NCBI GenBank assembly: GCA_039802265.1
Contig: JBDRWI010000015.1
Location: forward strand, 1-40,322
From: a candidate division WOR-3 bacterium
GTDB lineage: Bacteria; Hydrothermota; Tepidihabitantia; SM23-42; JAOAFX01
Direction: 5' to 3'
DNA: 40,322 bases
Below are positions 18,087 to 27,432 of the stretch, piece by piece. The number at the start of each line of letters is the position of its first letter. Position 1 is the first letter of the stretch. A program made the translations under genes and the position numbers. Below the pieces are notes generated by a model, which worked only from the letters and a program-made list of their open reading frames with translations, had not been told where the DNA came from and did no database searches.

Positions 18087-18998
18087 ATGGACTCTTATTC
18101 CATTCTTGGTAAAATCTCCCCAAAATTGAGAAATTTTGTTACTGTCATTTTATTTTTTACCGGTTTTGCCCTGCAATTGAGTTCAAGGAATATCCTCCCT
18201 GGATTACCCTTTATTGCTTCCTGTGTTTTACTGAACTGGATTAAAGGTTTTTCGATAAAACCAATCCGCCCCCAAAAATTGGAATGGACAGAAGTAACAC
18301 CGGAAAAGATTGCCATGGTTGGCAGGCATTGTGAGGGTTTAAAGAGAATCCCTAAAAATCTGGGATGTGCCGCATTTATAATCATCACTTTTTTCGTAAT
18401 ATTCGGCATAGGCTTTATTTGGGAGTTATTATCAAATCTAAGTAAATATCAATTTTCGGTCTTTGTCTTAATTATTGATTCTATAATTATCTTTTCCGGC
18501 GTAATGTTGAGTGGCGGCCGTGACATCTGGATTCCCAATAATCTGGATGTTAAAATTCCGATTATTGAAAGAATATTAAATCACCCTCTACTTAAAAAAG
18601 ACCCCAGTCTGCAGATAATACCTTACCTTGAAATCGGCAAGACAAAGGATGGCACATTTCCCAATGATACAAGGATACTGATTAAATTTAAGGATGCACC
18701 AGAGGATTTTATCGGTGTGCAATTTCAGATTTCAATAAATGATGTTCAGGGCAAAAAATATCCTTATTGCTACTGTGTTATCATTGCCCGGAAAACCTTC
18801 GGGTTATTTGCGAAATTTGTTCCTGTAGAATTAGAAAGAATAACCATTGAAACTGAAAGAAGCAGTGATACAGATGTGATTATAATTCGCCAGACCACAA
18901 CAAAAAATACTGGTTATTACACAGACACCCAGGTCCAAGATTATATCCTGAAAAACAGCATCAATATTACAAAAAGTATTCTTTCTAATCCAGCATAA
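18087..18998 (+). CDS. Hypothetical integral membrane protein (about 4 TM helices plus soluble C-terminal domain)
   Basis: ATG 18087 is 1 nt after the rSAM stop, with GGGAG upstream; four hydrophobic segments (ORF track starts at 17970). Confidence 0.75.
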   Translation: MDSYSILGKISPKLRNFVTVILFFTGFALQLSSRNILPGLPFIASCVLLNWIKGFSIKPIRPQKLEWTEVTPEKIAMVGRHCEGLKRIPKNLGCAAFIIITFFVIFGIGFIWELLSNLSKYQFSVFVLIIDSIIIFSGVMLSGGRDIWIPNNLDVKIPIIERILNHPLLKKDPSLQIIPYLEIGKTKDGTFPNDTRILIKFKDAPEDFIGVQFQISINDVQGKKYPYCYCVIIARKTFGLFAKFVPVELERITIETERSSDTDVIIIRQTTTKNTGYYTDTQVQDYILKNSINITKSILSNPA

Positions 18999-19022
18999 AA
19001 TCATCTGTAATTATAGCAAATC

Positions 19023-19050
19023 TTGACTTTGTTCAATAAATCACTATAAT
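19023..19050 (+). promoter_or_regulatory. Promoter TTGACT-N16-TATAAT upstream of sucCD
   Basis: Near-consensus hexamers about 350 nt upstream of sucC. Confidence 0.6.
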
Positions 19051-19240
19051 TGAGATGGGGTTATTTGTTTTAAAACATAGCCGCAAGTATTAGTTTGCGG
19101 ATAAAAAGACTTATGGTAGCGCGAAAAAAGAAAAAATAATTTTAATGGGGTAAGGCTTAATAGCCTCTGATTAAATCAAGGGTATGCAGTTTGCACTACT
19201 TATGGTGCATAAAAAATGCTATGAAATTTAATAAGATTAT

Positions 19241-19374
19241 CCCCTCCCTTGACGGGAGAGGATTAAGAGCCTGCCCTGAATCCTGACCCGTCTTCAGGAC
19301 AGGTTTATTTCAGGGTGAGGGTGATAAAATTGGTTACCCCTCACCTTTGCCCTCTCCCACAGAGGGGGAGAGGG
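19241..19374. repeat. Paired CCCTCTCCC...GGGAGAGGG REP-like elements with a nested 47-bp palindromic insert
   Basis: Compared with the uninterrupted copy at 36733-36768; insert 19268-19314. Confidence 0.8.
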
Positions 19375-19398
19375 ATTTGATATATCTGAGGAGGTAAC

Positions 19399-20529
19399 TT
19401 GAAGATTCATGAATATCAGGCAAAGGAATTTTTCAAAAAATACGGTATACCTGTGCCGAAAGAAAAGGTATGCCTCAGTCTTGATGAAGTGATCTCGGCA
19501 GCAAGGGAGATTGGATTGCCCTGTGTTATCAAGGCACAGGTGATGGTCGGCGGAAGGGGAAAGGCGGGTGGCATAAAAGTGGCAAAAACCGAAGATGAGG
19601 TCAAGACTTATGGTTCGCAGATACTCGGGATGGAGATAAAAGGACTAAAGGTGAAAAAGGTTCTGGTCTCTGCCGCGATTGAAATTGCATCCGAAGCCTA
19701 TTTGGGCATTATCATTGACCGTAACGAGAAAAAGACCGTATTAATGGCATGCAAAGAAGGAGGAGTAGAAATTGAGGAAGTAGCAAGACAGAAACCCGAG
19801 GCAATATATAAAGTTTATGCTGACCCCTTAATCGGATTACTTGAGCACCGGGCAAGAGAGATAGGACTATTTCTTTATGGCAGTTCTAAGAATGCATTTG
19901 AGTGTGCGTCAATCGCAGACAAACTTTATAGATTATTTGTTGAAAATGACGCCTCACTTGCCGAAATAAATCCTTTAGTTGTAGATAAATCGGGAAATCT
20001 TATCGCCCTTGACGCCAAGATAAACTTTGATGATAACGGACTTTACCGCCACCCCGAGATTGAAGCGTTGAGGGATAGAGAGAGTGAAGATGAAAATGAA
20101 TTGCTCGCTCGAGAAAGAGACCTTTCTTATGTAAAACTCAATGGTAATATTGGCTGTGTGGTAAACGGCGCCGGTCTTGCCATGGCAACGATGGACCTGG
20201 TAAAACATTTTGGCGGTGAACCCGCAAACTTTCTTGATATTGGTGGTTCCTCTTCGCCGGAAAAGGTGAAAAATGCTTTGGAAATTCTATTAAGAGATAA
20301 AAATGTAAAGGTGATATTCTTCAATATCTTTGGTGGTATAACCCGCTGTGATGATGTAGCGCTGGGGATACTTGAGGCGAAAAAGTCTTTAAATATTAAA
20401 CAGCCAATCGTAGCACGCCTTACCGGAACAAATGAAGACAAGGCAATGGAGATTCTTAAAGAGGCGGGGTTGATCTTTGCAAAGACAATGGATGAAGGCG
20501 CAAAAAAGGCAATTGAACTTTTAAAATAA
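19399..20529 (+). CDS. sucC: Succinate--CoA ligase beta subunit
   Basis: [59 protein letters not shown] start with GAGGAGG. Confidence 0.97.
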   Translation: MKIHEYQAKEFFKKYGIPVPKEKVCLSLDEVISAAREIGLPCVIKAQVMVGGRGKAGGIKVAKTEDEVKTYGSQILGMEIKGLKVKKVLVSAAIEIASEAYLGIIIDRNEKKTVLMACKEGGVEIEEVARQKPEAIYKVYADPLIGLLEHRAREIGLFLYGSSKNAFECASIADKLYRLFVENDASLAEINPLVVDKSGNLIALDAKINFDDNGLYRHPEIEALRDRESEDENELLARERDLSYVKLNGNIGCVVNGAGLAMATMDLVKHFGGEPANFLDIGGSSSPEKVKNALEILLRDKNVKVIFFNIFGGITRCDDVALGILEAKKSLNIKQPIVARLTGTNEDKAMEILKEAGLIFAKTMDEGAKKAIELLK

Positions 20530-20545
20530 CAAGGAGCACCATAAA

Positions 20546-21415
20546 ATGAGTATTTTGGTAAATAAGAATACAAGATTGGTTGTTCAGGGTATCACCGGGC
20601 GTGATGGCAGTTTCCATACCCGCCAGATGCTAAATTATGGAACAAATGTAGTAGCGGGCGTAACGCCTGGCAAGGGAGGAATAGAGGTAGAGGGTGTACC
20701 TGTCTTCAATTCAGTCGCGGAGGCAGTGAAGAAAACAAATGCCAATACCTCGGTGATTTTTGTCCCGGCAAAATTTGCTCCCGGCGCAATGTATGAAGCC
20801 ATTGATGCCGGTATTGAACTGATTGTCTGTATATCTGAGGGAATTCCCACGATTGAGATGGTAAGGATTGTCGCGTACTTAAAGGATAAAAAGTGCCGAC
20901 TCATCGGCCCCAATTCACCGGGACTCGTATCACCTGGCGAAGCAAAAGTAGGAATTCTGCCCGGACATATCTTTAAGAAGGGGAAAATCGGCGTGATCTC
21001 CCGTAGTGGGACGCTCACCTACGAAATAGTTGATCATATTACAAAAATAGGGCTCGGACAATCAACCTGTATCGGAATCGGCGGTGACCCGATAATCGGT
21101 ACAAAATTCATTGACTGCCTTGAACTATTTGCCAGTGACCCTGATACTGAGGCGGTAGTCATTGTGGGAGAGATTGGGGGAAGGGATGAACAGGATGCAG
21201 CTGAATATATCAAAAAGTATTTTAAGAAACCGGTCTTTGGATTTATTGCTGGAAAGACCGCACCCCCGGATAAGAGGATGGGGCATGCCGGAGCGATAAT
21301 CTCGGGTACGGCGGGAACCGCGGCTGAGAAGATAAAAGCATTTGAATCCGCCGGAATAAAAGTAGGAGAGACACCCGCCCAGGTTGCGGAGTTAATAAAA
21401 GCAACACTGACTTAA
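20546..21415 (+). CDS. sucD: Succinate--CoA ligase alpha subunit
   Basis: [35 protein letters not shown] (phospho-His). Confidence 0.97.
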   Translation: MSILVNKNTRLVVQGITGRDGSFHTRQMLNYGTNVVAGVTPGKGGIEVEGVPVFNSVAEAVKKTNANTSVIFVPAKFAPGAMYEAIDAGIELIVCISEGIPTIEMVRIVAYLKDKKCRLIGPNSPGLVSPGEAKVGILPGHIFKKGKIGVISRSGTLTYEIVDHITKIGLGQSTCIGIGGDPIIGTKFIDCLELFASDPDTEAVVIVGEIGGRDEQDAAEYIKKYFKKPVFGFIAGKTAPPDKRMGHAGAIISGTAGTAAEKIKAFESAGIKVGETPAQVAELIKATLT

Positions 21416-21501
21416 ATACAACCGGTGCTCCGAAGTATGATTGAATAAGAGTAGAAAAGATTAGAGAAATATTAAGGTTTGCACTACTTCAATAAGCATT
21501 A

Positions 21502-22059
21502 TTATTCCCTTAATTTCGGGGATGTGATATCCAGTGCCTTGGCAATGCGGGAACAGATATTCTGTAAACGATCAAACAATTCCAATTCAGAAATATCCTT
21601 TTTGTGGATTCTATCCAGAATATCCTCGAGTTCGGAAAATGTCCTTATTAATTCCTTATAGTCATAACGAAGGACCTTACGCAAGGTATTATATAACTTA
21701 TCATAACTCTGGGCAACACCATCAATTATATCACCCTTGCGGAAGACTAAATTTCCGGTATCTTCGCCCGTGCCAAGTTTCTGGATGTAATTACTTAACC
21801 GATATAACGGTCCATAAATTTTATTAGAGAGAAGAAGTAATAATCTCCACGATAGAAGATACAATATCAATGCCACAATTGTAATAACTGAAAGTTGAAC
21901 AAAAACGCATTTGTTGGGAGCAAAGACCTCTTTCCGGAATAGTATTAAAGAAGCAGCCACCAAGATCAGGGAAACCAAGATTATAAGAAGGAGTATATAT
22001 CCAATCAACCGGTATTGTAAGCGATTAACAATTAAGGTCTTTCTGCGGTTCTTTGCCAT
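21502..22059 (-). CDS. Hypothetical membrane protein, 2 TM helices plus HAMP-like segment
   Basis: Two TM helices followed by SNKIYGPLYRL...FRKGD. Confidence 0.65.
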   Translation of the reverse strand: MAKNRRKTLIVNRLQYRLIGYILLLIILVSLILVAASLILFRKEVFAPNKCVFVQLSVITIVALILYLLSWRLLLLLSNKIYGPLYRLSNYIQKLGTGEDTGNLVFRKGDIIDGVAQSYDKLYNTLRKVLRYDYKELIRTFSELEDILDRIHKKDISELELFDRLQNICSRIAKALDITSPKLRE

Positions 22060-22065
22060 ATTAGA

Positions 22066-22133
22066 ATTTTACTCGGATAATTAACCCTGTCAAGCCTCTA
22101 TAAGATTGCAATTTATCTTTTTTTGAATATAAT
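22066..22133. promoter_or_regulatory. Divergent promoters: minus TTGACA-N16-TAAAAT (22093-22066) and plus TTGCAA-N16-TATAAT (22106-22133), both apparently leaderless
   Basis: -10 boxes lie 6 and 5 nt before their ATGs; no SD sequences. Confidence 0.65.
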
Positions 22134-22138
22134 CTTCT

Positions 22139-23155
22139 ATGAAGCAAAACATCAAGGCCTATTCACTCACAAAACTACAGGAACTTATGGAGGAGCTTGG
22201 ATTAGAACCTTATCGGGCACAACAGGTCTTTCAGTGGCTCTGGCAGAAAAATTCTATTGACTTTGAAAAGATGACAAACCTATCAAAAATACTCCGAAAA
22301 AAACTTGATGATAAATTTGTTATTAAAAATCTGTTGATTGTTGAATGTCTAAAATCTGGTGATGATGCAAAAAAGTATGTATTTGAACTTGAAGATAAAA
22401 AAAGAATTGAAGGGGTCTACATCCCTGAGGCAAATCGTAGAACAATCTGTGTTTCAACTCAGGTGGGCTGTCCCCTGAGATGTAAATTCTGCGCCACAGG
22501 ACTTTATGGCTTCTCAAGAAACCTGTTCGCCTGGGAGATTGCCAATCAGATTCAATTGGTTCAATCGGACATCAGTACAAAGCCAACAAATATTGTATTC
22601 ATGGGCATGGGTGAGCCGCTTTTGAATTTAAGCGAAGTTTATAATGCCCTTGAAATACTATCTTCAAGTATCGGTCTGGGTATAAGCCAACGCCATATTA
22701 CAGTTTCGACAGCCGGGATAATTGACGGCATGCGTGAATTATTAAATTCTCAATTCAAGGTAAAACTCGCCATCTCCCTCAACTTTGCCGATGAAGAATT
22801 GAGAAAAGAGATGATGCCGGTGGCAGAAAAGAATCCATTAAAAGAAGTCCTCAAGATTGCCCGTGAATACTCGCTAAGGAAAGAGATGGTGACATTTGAA
22901 TATGTAATGATAAAAGGACTGAATGACCGGTTAATTGATGCCCGAAGACTTGTTAAATTGCTGAAGGATATCCCTTCAAAGGTCAATCTGATTCCGCTCA
23001 ATGAGTATCCAGGTCTCCCGTTTAAGAGCCCTGAACCTGAGGCAATCAATAAATTCAGGGATTTTCTCTATAATTTTAGGCATACTGTAACTATCCGTAA
23101 ATCAAAAGGACAGGAAATACTCGCCGGTTGCGGACAACTTGCGGTAAGGACATAA
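22139..23155 (+). CDS. rlmN: 23S rRNA (adenine2503-C2) methyltransferase RlmN
   Basis: CVSTQVGCPLRCKFCATG, VFMGMGEPL, FEYVM, VNLIPLN, AGCGQL. Confidence 0.95.
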   Translation: MKQNIKAYSLTKLQELMEELGLEPYRAQQVFQWLWQKNSIDFEKMTNLSKILRKKLDDKFVIKNLLIVECLKSGDDAKKYVFELEDKKRIEGVYIPEANRRTICVSTQVGCPLRCKFCATGLYGFSRNLFAWEIANQIQLVQSDISTKPTNIVFMGMGEPLLNLSEVYNALEILSSSIGLGISQRHITVSTAGIIDGMRELLNSQFKVKLAISLNFADEELRKEMMPVAEKNPLKEVLKIAREYSLRKEMVTFEYVMIKGLNDRLIDARRLVKLLKDIPSKVNLIPLNEYPGLPFKSPEPEAINKFRDFLYNFRHTVTIRKSKGQEILAGCGQLAVRT

Positions 23156-23160
23156 AATAA

Positions 23161-23186
23161 AAAAGCCCCATTAAAAATGGGGCTTT
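23161..23186. terminator. Bidirectional intrinsic terminator AAAGCCCCAT-TAAAA-ATGGGGCTTT
   Basis: Hairpin with A/T flanks between convergent rlmN and pckG. Confidence 0.8.
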
Positions 23187-23203
23187 AAACCGCATTCCTT
23201 GAT

Positions 23204-25087
23204 TCATGCAAGTCGGTCTGGAGTTATGTACTCACCATATTTCTCCTTGTAATCGAGGAGTCTGCGCTTCTGCTCCTCCAGTACATCAAAAAGAATCTGG
23301 GGTGGATTCAATACCCTGGTCTTGTAAACATTCACTATCCGTTCAATCTTGGCAAGATGCTCGGGAATGCGAACCATAAATTGTTTATTATAGTCTTCTT
23401 TTGAGTAGTCCTTTTTTAGAACCTCTTTAAATAACCGCTTGAGGTCTTCGTATTTAGGAATGAGTCCTGTTGGTGTCTTGATTGCCGCAACATCATTATG
23501 AACCCGCAATTCCATCCACTTATACCATACCCTCTTGTCGGTCTTTTCATTTAAGAATTTTCCGTCTTTATCCTTCAGAAAATAGTTTACGCCAAAAATT
23601 TTGGGCGGATTATTTAACCCTTCAGCAAACTTCAGGTTGTTCATTATATATTCAGAAATTGGAATTGAAAGAAAGTCAAGGTTGGACATCAGATTGAACT
23701 CCCTTACCCCTTCCTTACCTAAAGTTGCGGCAGTTGTCTCGGATTCCAATGAGGCACCCTTGGTTATTATTCCGTGTTGCCAGTCAAATGCCTCTTCAAC
23801 CGGAACCCAGGTATCAGAATCCCTGCCTCCATAAACAATAGCCCCAACCACCACACCTTCCGGATTATTCAACGCCTCGACATCAAGATTTTTAAACATC
23901 TTTAAATCAATGGTAAAGCGGGCATTAGGATGTGATACCGGAATCTCCTTGCCCTGGGCATCCTTTTTACCCTTAAACCATTCTCCTGAATGATTCTCTC
24001 CCTTTTCTGGAATCTCTCCGTCCTTTCCAATCCAGTGAACACCACCTTCGGGCGTTACCAGGACATTGGAAAAGATGATTTCGCCCGGAGTATGTAATGC
24101 CTCCCATTGATATTTATCATCCTGAGAGTTTACACCCTGAATAATCCCAAACATCCCCTTCTCCACATTCACTGCCCGAACAACACCGTCTTTCTTCCTT
24201 AAGTAGGCAATATCATCACCAACGATGTTCTCACCCTCAAGCATTGCCGTGGATGTCTTACCACAAAGTGAGGGAAAGGCACCAAGAAAGTATGTCTTTC
24301 TTTTTTGAGGACCATTGATTCTCATTACGAGCATATGCTCGGTGAGCCAGCCCTCTTTTGAACCACGATTTATTGCCAGACGCATGGCAAGTTTCTTTAA
24401 GCCGATTGTATTTCCACCATACTGGGTATTGGTGCTATAGACAATATCCTCCTCAAGGTCTATATAGATTCTTCTCTTATCTAAATTCTTGCAGGTCTTC
24501 CTTTCGTCAAGTTCACCCTGAGAATGGACAAATTTGAAGAATCTCGCCTTTGGTCCCTGTTTTATGAATTCTTGATAACCAGGTCGGTAGAGCAAGGTCT
24601 CACTATGGGCAACATAACTTGAATCGGTCAACTGGACGGCCGGAATAGAGAATTCTGAATTTGTTGGACCAAGGCAGAAGAAACAGACATAAGCCTCCTT
24701 TCCCTTCATAATATCCTTCAATATCTCATTAATGTCCGCCAGTGCCGAATCACGGTCTTTTGTCTCTATTGCCTGGTCAAGCTTCTTGCCTGCGGGAACA
24801 AGAATCCCGGTATTCTTTTTATCCCTGCCCTGGTCAAGATAATTGTCAAAATGGATGGTATGGCCCGGTGTTTTTAATCGCCTCTCTTCTCCATTTTTAA
24901 TCGCCGATTCCCGTATATAATTGAAATCATCGGGTGTATCGGCACAGACAAAGACACGCTCTGGATTACACAACTCAAGGTACTTGGCAAGAAATTGGTA
25001 CAAGGCCGGATTTTCTATCTTACTCAATTTAGCAAATTCCTGCTTGTTAAGTTTTTTTTCCAGAAATTTCCTGGCTTCGTTGGTCAT
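23204..25087 (-). CDS. pckG: GTP-dependent phosphoenolpyruvate carboxykinase
   Basis: YGGN, WLTEHM, AFPSLCGKT, VGDDIA, HPNARF, YGGR; start ATG 25087 with AAGGAGG. Confidence 0.92.
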   Translation of the reverse strand: MTNEARKFLEKKLNKQEFAKLSKIENPALYQFLAKYLELCNPERVFVCADTPDDFNYIRESAIKNGEERRLKTPGHTIHFDNYLDQGRDKKNTGILVPAGKKLDQAIETKDRDSALADINEILKDIMKGKEAYVCFFCLGPTNSEFSIPAVQLTDSSYVAHSETLLYRPGYQEFIKQGPKARFFKFVHSQGELDERKTCKNLDKRRIYIDLEEDIVYSTNTQYGGNTIGLKKLAMRLAINRGSKEGWLTEHMLVMRINGPQKRKTYFLGAFPSLCGKTSTAMLEGENIVGDDIAYLRKKDGVVRAVNVEKGMFGIIQGVNSQDDKYQWEALHTPGEIIFSNVLVTPEGGVHWIGKDGEIPEKGENHSGEWFKGKKDAQGKEIPVSHPNARFTIDLKMFKNLDVEALNNPEGVVVGAIVYGGRDSDTWVPVEEAFDWQHGIITKGASLESETTAATLGKEGVREFNLMSNLDFLSIPISEYIMNNLKFAEGLNNPPKIFGVNYFLKDKDGKFLNEKTDKRVWYKWMELRVHNDVAAIKTPTGLIPKYEDLKRLFKEVLKKDYSKEDYNKQFMVRIPEHLAKIERIVNVYKTRVLNPPQILFDVLEEQKRRLLDYKEKYGEYITPDRLA

Positions 25088-25181
25088 TTTACCTCCTTCA
25101 AAAACAAAAGATAATTTGCCACGCATTCACAATAATCCAGAGGATAAAATCCCCCTGAAAAAAACAACCTCACTCCCTATG

Positions 25182-25202
25182 CCTCCCTTTGGAAAAGGGA
25201 GG
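25182..25202. repeat. Palindrome CCTCCCTTT-GGA-AAAGGGAGG (REP-like)
   Basis: Read directly. Confidence 0.6.
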
Positions 25203-25346
25203 ATCGACGGGAAATATTCTATTCGTTCAAATCGGTCTAAATTTAAATTATATCTATTTTTGAAAAAAATTCAATAATTACATTTTACAATCGTTTAATC
25301 ATATCCTCCTGGAAATTACGCTTAAATACTTACCGGATGAAATTAT

Positions 25347-26273
25347 TTAATCAAGTTGCTCAAAATTTTTATATTTTAGATAAATGGGGACAATAAACTT
25401 AACAACATTTTTGGCATCATTGGTATCATGAATATAAGGGTCTTTTACATAATTGAGAATTATTATAATAAATATTGTATCCTTAAAGCACTCAAGTCTG
25501 TCATATTCCTTGGGTTGTCTTCTTTCAATATATCTTTTCAGTCGCTCTACTGCCTTAACAACAACACCAAGTCCACCATAACTAATTCCGCCTGGGTCTT
25601 TACTCGCCGATTTGATTTCTTGCAGGGCAGAGAGTAGAGAAAGCTCTACCTTCGTTTCGTAGTCTTCAATCAGCTTAGAAACATCCTCGGGTGGCGCAGT
25701 ATATTTATTTATTGCACTGAAATCAATGTTCTTCCCCCGATTCAATAAACCATACAAATCACCAATCCGGCTTACATACTCCCTTGTTTCGGTTGATAAT
25801 TTACTAAAAAGTTCTTTGTTTTGTAGCCAGCGCAAACTTACAGCAACCTTTGTCCGCTTTTTTGTCTTATCCACATGGGTCTCACCGGGTCTATTATGGG
25901 TGGCATCAATAATCCTGCTGATTGTCTGGGGATTTAAATTTATCGACTCATAATCAGATAGATTGAGTAAGGTATGTAGCTCTTTTAAAATTGAAATTGC
26001 CTTCTTTTCTTTCTCCTCATCGGATAAGCCAATATAGGTATTATCAACGAAAAATTTTATAAGATACTTATTAATTGTGTACCTGCCCTCAGCGAGTTCT
26101 TGTTTACTAACAATCCTCGGGCACCATTCGGCAAAACTCTCTACATCCGATTTTTTAAGAAATTCAATATCATAAGGTAGCTCGGTAATAACCGTATCTG
26201 GCTGAATTAACCACTGAAGATTTAGCAGGATATCTTCAAGGTTTTCAAGGTGATTCTTACCGGTCCAGGCCAT
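25347..26273 (-). CDS. Hypothetical helical protein
   Basis: 308-aa ORF with upstream TTGATT-N16-TATATT promoter-like site; no recognisable motif. Confidence 0.65.
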   Translation of the reverse strand: MAWTGKNHLENLEDILLNLQWLIQPDTVITELPYDIEFLKKSDVESFAEWCPRIVSKQELAEGRYTINKYLIKFFVDNTYIGLSDEEKEKKAISILKELHTLLNLSDYESINLNPQTISRIIDATHNRPGETHVDKTKKRTKVAVSLRWLQNKELFSKLSTETREYVSRIGDLYGLLNRGKNIDFSAINKYTAPPEDVSKLIEDYETKVELSLLSALQEIKSASKDPGGISYGGLGVVVKAVERLKRYIERRQPKEYDRLECFKDTIFIIIILNYVKDPYIHDTNDAKNVVKFIVPIYLKYKNFEQLD

Positions 26274-26350
26274 CTTTCCAAATTCCCAATTTCAGAAAAT
26301 ATACCTAAAATTAAATTAAAATCAAGATATATTTTGTAATTTCGTTAAAT

Positions 26351-27364
26351 CTATGAAGCATTCAACCTGACAATGACACAGATTAATCCGAGAATAAACT
26401 CAAATCCCAATATAATTAACACCACATCCGTTTCATAGACCCTTTTTTTAATTTTCTTCAAAAGAAAGATCACAAGATGCGTCGTGTCAAAGATTTGATT
26501 GTAAGGTTGTTCAATACTGCCATCTTTGTTTACTCGGGCAAATGCCTCAACCTGAAGCCCCTTTCTTAACGGTAGAAAAAAATCTAAAAAATAGGGTATA
26601 AAAAGAAACAGCGCATACTTCTCAACACCGCCCAGAATTGCACATATTGCAATATAGGCACCTATTGAATATGTTAATGTGTCACCCGGGAATATCTTTG
26701 CTGGGTACCAATTATAAAATAGAAAGGCAATAAGTGCGGATATACCAATCAGAGAGAGCATTACAGCAAAATATTGGTGACTTAAAAAAGAAAGCAATGA
26801 AATCACACCAAGAATTATAACCCCCATCCCTGCCTCCAAACCATTATAACCCGCAAGCATATTGAATGCGTTAGCAGAGCCAACTATACCTGCCGGAATT
26901 AGTAATAATGGGTATAAAAGCCCGACATCTTTCAGACCTAAAATTGGCAGGTCAATGGTTGTGCGATGGAAATTTACCAGAAGAAAGGGAATTGCCGCAG
27001 GAATTGTTAAAAGCGGTTTCTGCCATTGCCTTAATCCTTTCTTCCATCCTCCAACTGTATCATCAAGAATGCCAATGATTGCCACAAATAGAATGGTAAT
27101 TACCAGACCAAAGGTTGTTATAACATTTTTATAGGTATGATACACGCAGATTTTAATCAGCGTATAATAAAAAATGCCGGAAAAAATACCCGCAAGGACA
27201 ACCACACCTCCAGCCTCGGGTATTAATTCAGAATTCATTTTGTGCATATCCTTACCAAGAAGATTAATCTTCTTGGCATGCCTTATCCATACTGGAATCA
27301 AAAGCAAGGTTATAAAAAAAGAGAAGAGAAGCACGGGAATAAAGATAATCGTTTCTATATTCAT
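26351..27364 (-). CDS. Polyprenyl-phosphate GlcNAc-1-phosphate transferase (MraY/WecA/GPT superfamily), AglH/Alg7-like
   Basis: GKDMHK, IPEAGG, ILDD, NAFNMLAGYNGLE, YPAKIFPGD; multiple TM helices. Confidence 0.85.
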   Translation of the reverse strand: MNIETIIFIPVLLFSFFITLLLIPVWIRHAKKINLLGKDMHKMNSELIPEAGGVVVLAGIFSGIFYYTLIKICVYHTYKNVITTFGLVITILFVAIIGILDDTVGGWKKGLRQWQKPLLTIPAAIPFLLVNFHRTTIDLPILGLKDVGLLYPLLLIPAGIVGSANAFNMLAGYNGLEAGMGVIILGVISLLSFLSHQYFAVMLSLIGISALIAFLFYNWYPAKIFPGDTLTYSIGAYIAICAILGGVEKYALFLFIPYFLDFFLPLRKGLQVEAFARVNKDGSIEQPYNQIFDTTHLVIFLLKKIKKRVYETDVVLIILGFEFILGLICVIVRLNAS

Positions 27365-27384
27365 CAGGGGCCGTTTTTTTCTAT

Positions 27385-27412
27385 ATTATACTTAAGTTTA
27401 GAAAAAAATCAA
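27385..27412 (-). promoter_or_regulatory. Promoter TTGATT-N16-TATAAT
   Basis: Minus-strand hexamers 20 nt before ATG 27364. Confidence 0.55.
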
Positions 27413-27432
27413 GAGAAAAAAAGAATGATTTG

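Noticed and set aside
22139..23155. Second radical SAM as part of the CHSA system, or Cfr
   Set aside because: Clear housekeeping RlmN motifs, own promoter, separated by sucCD
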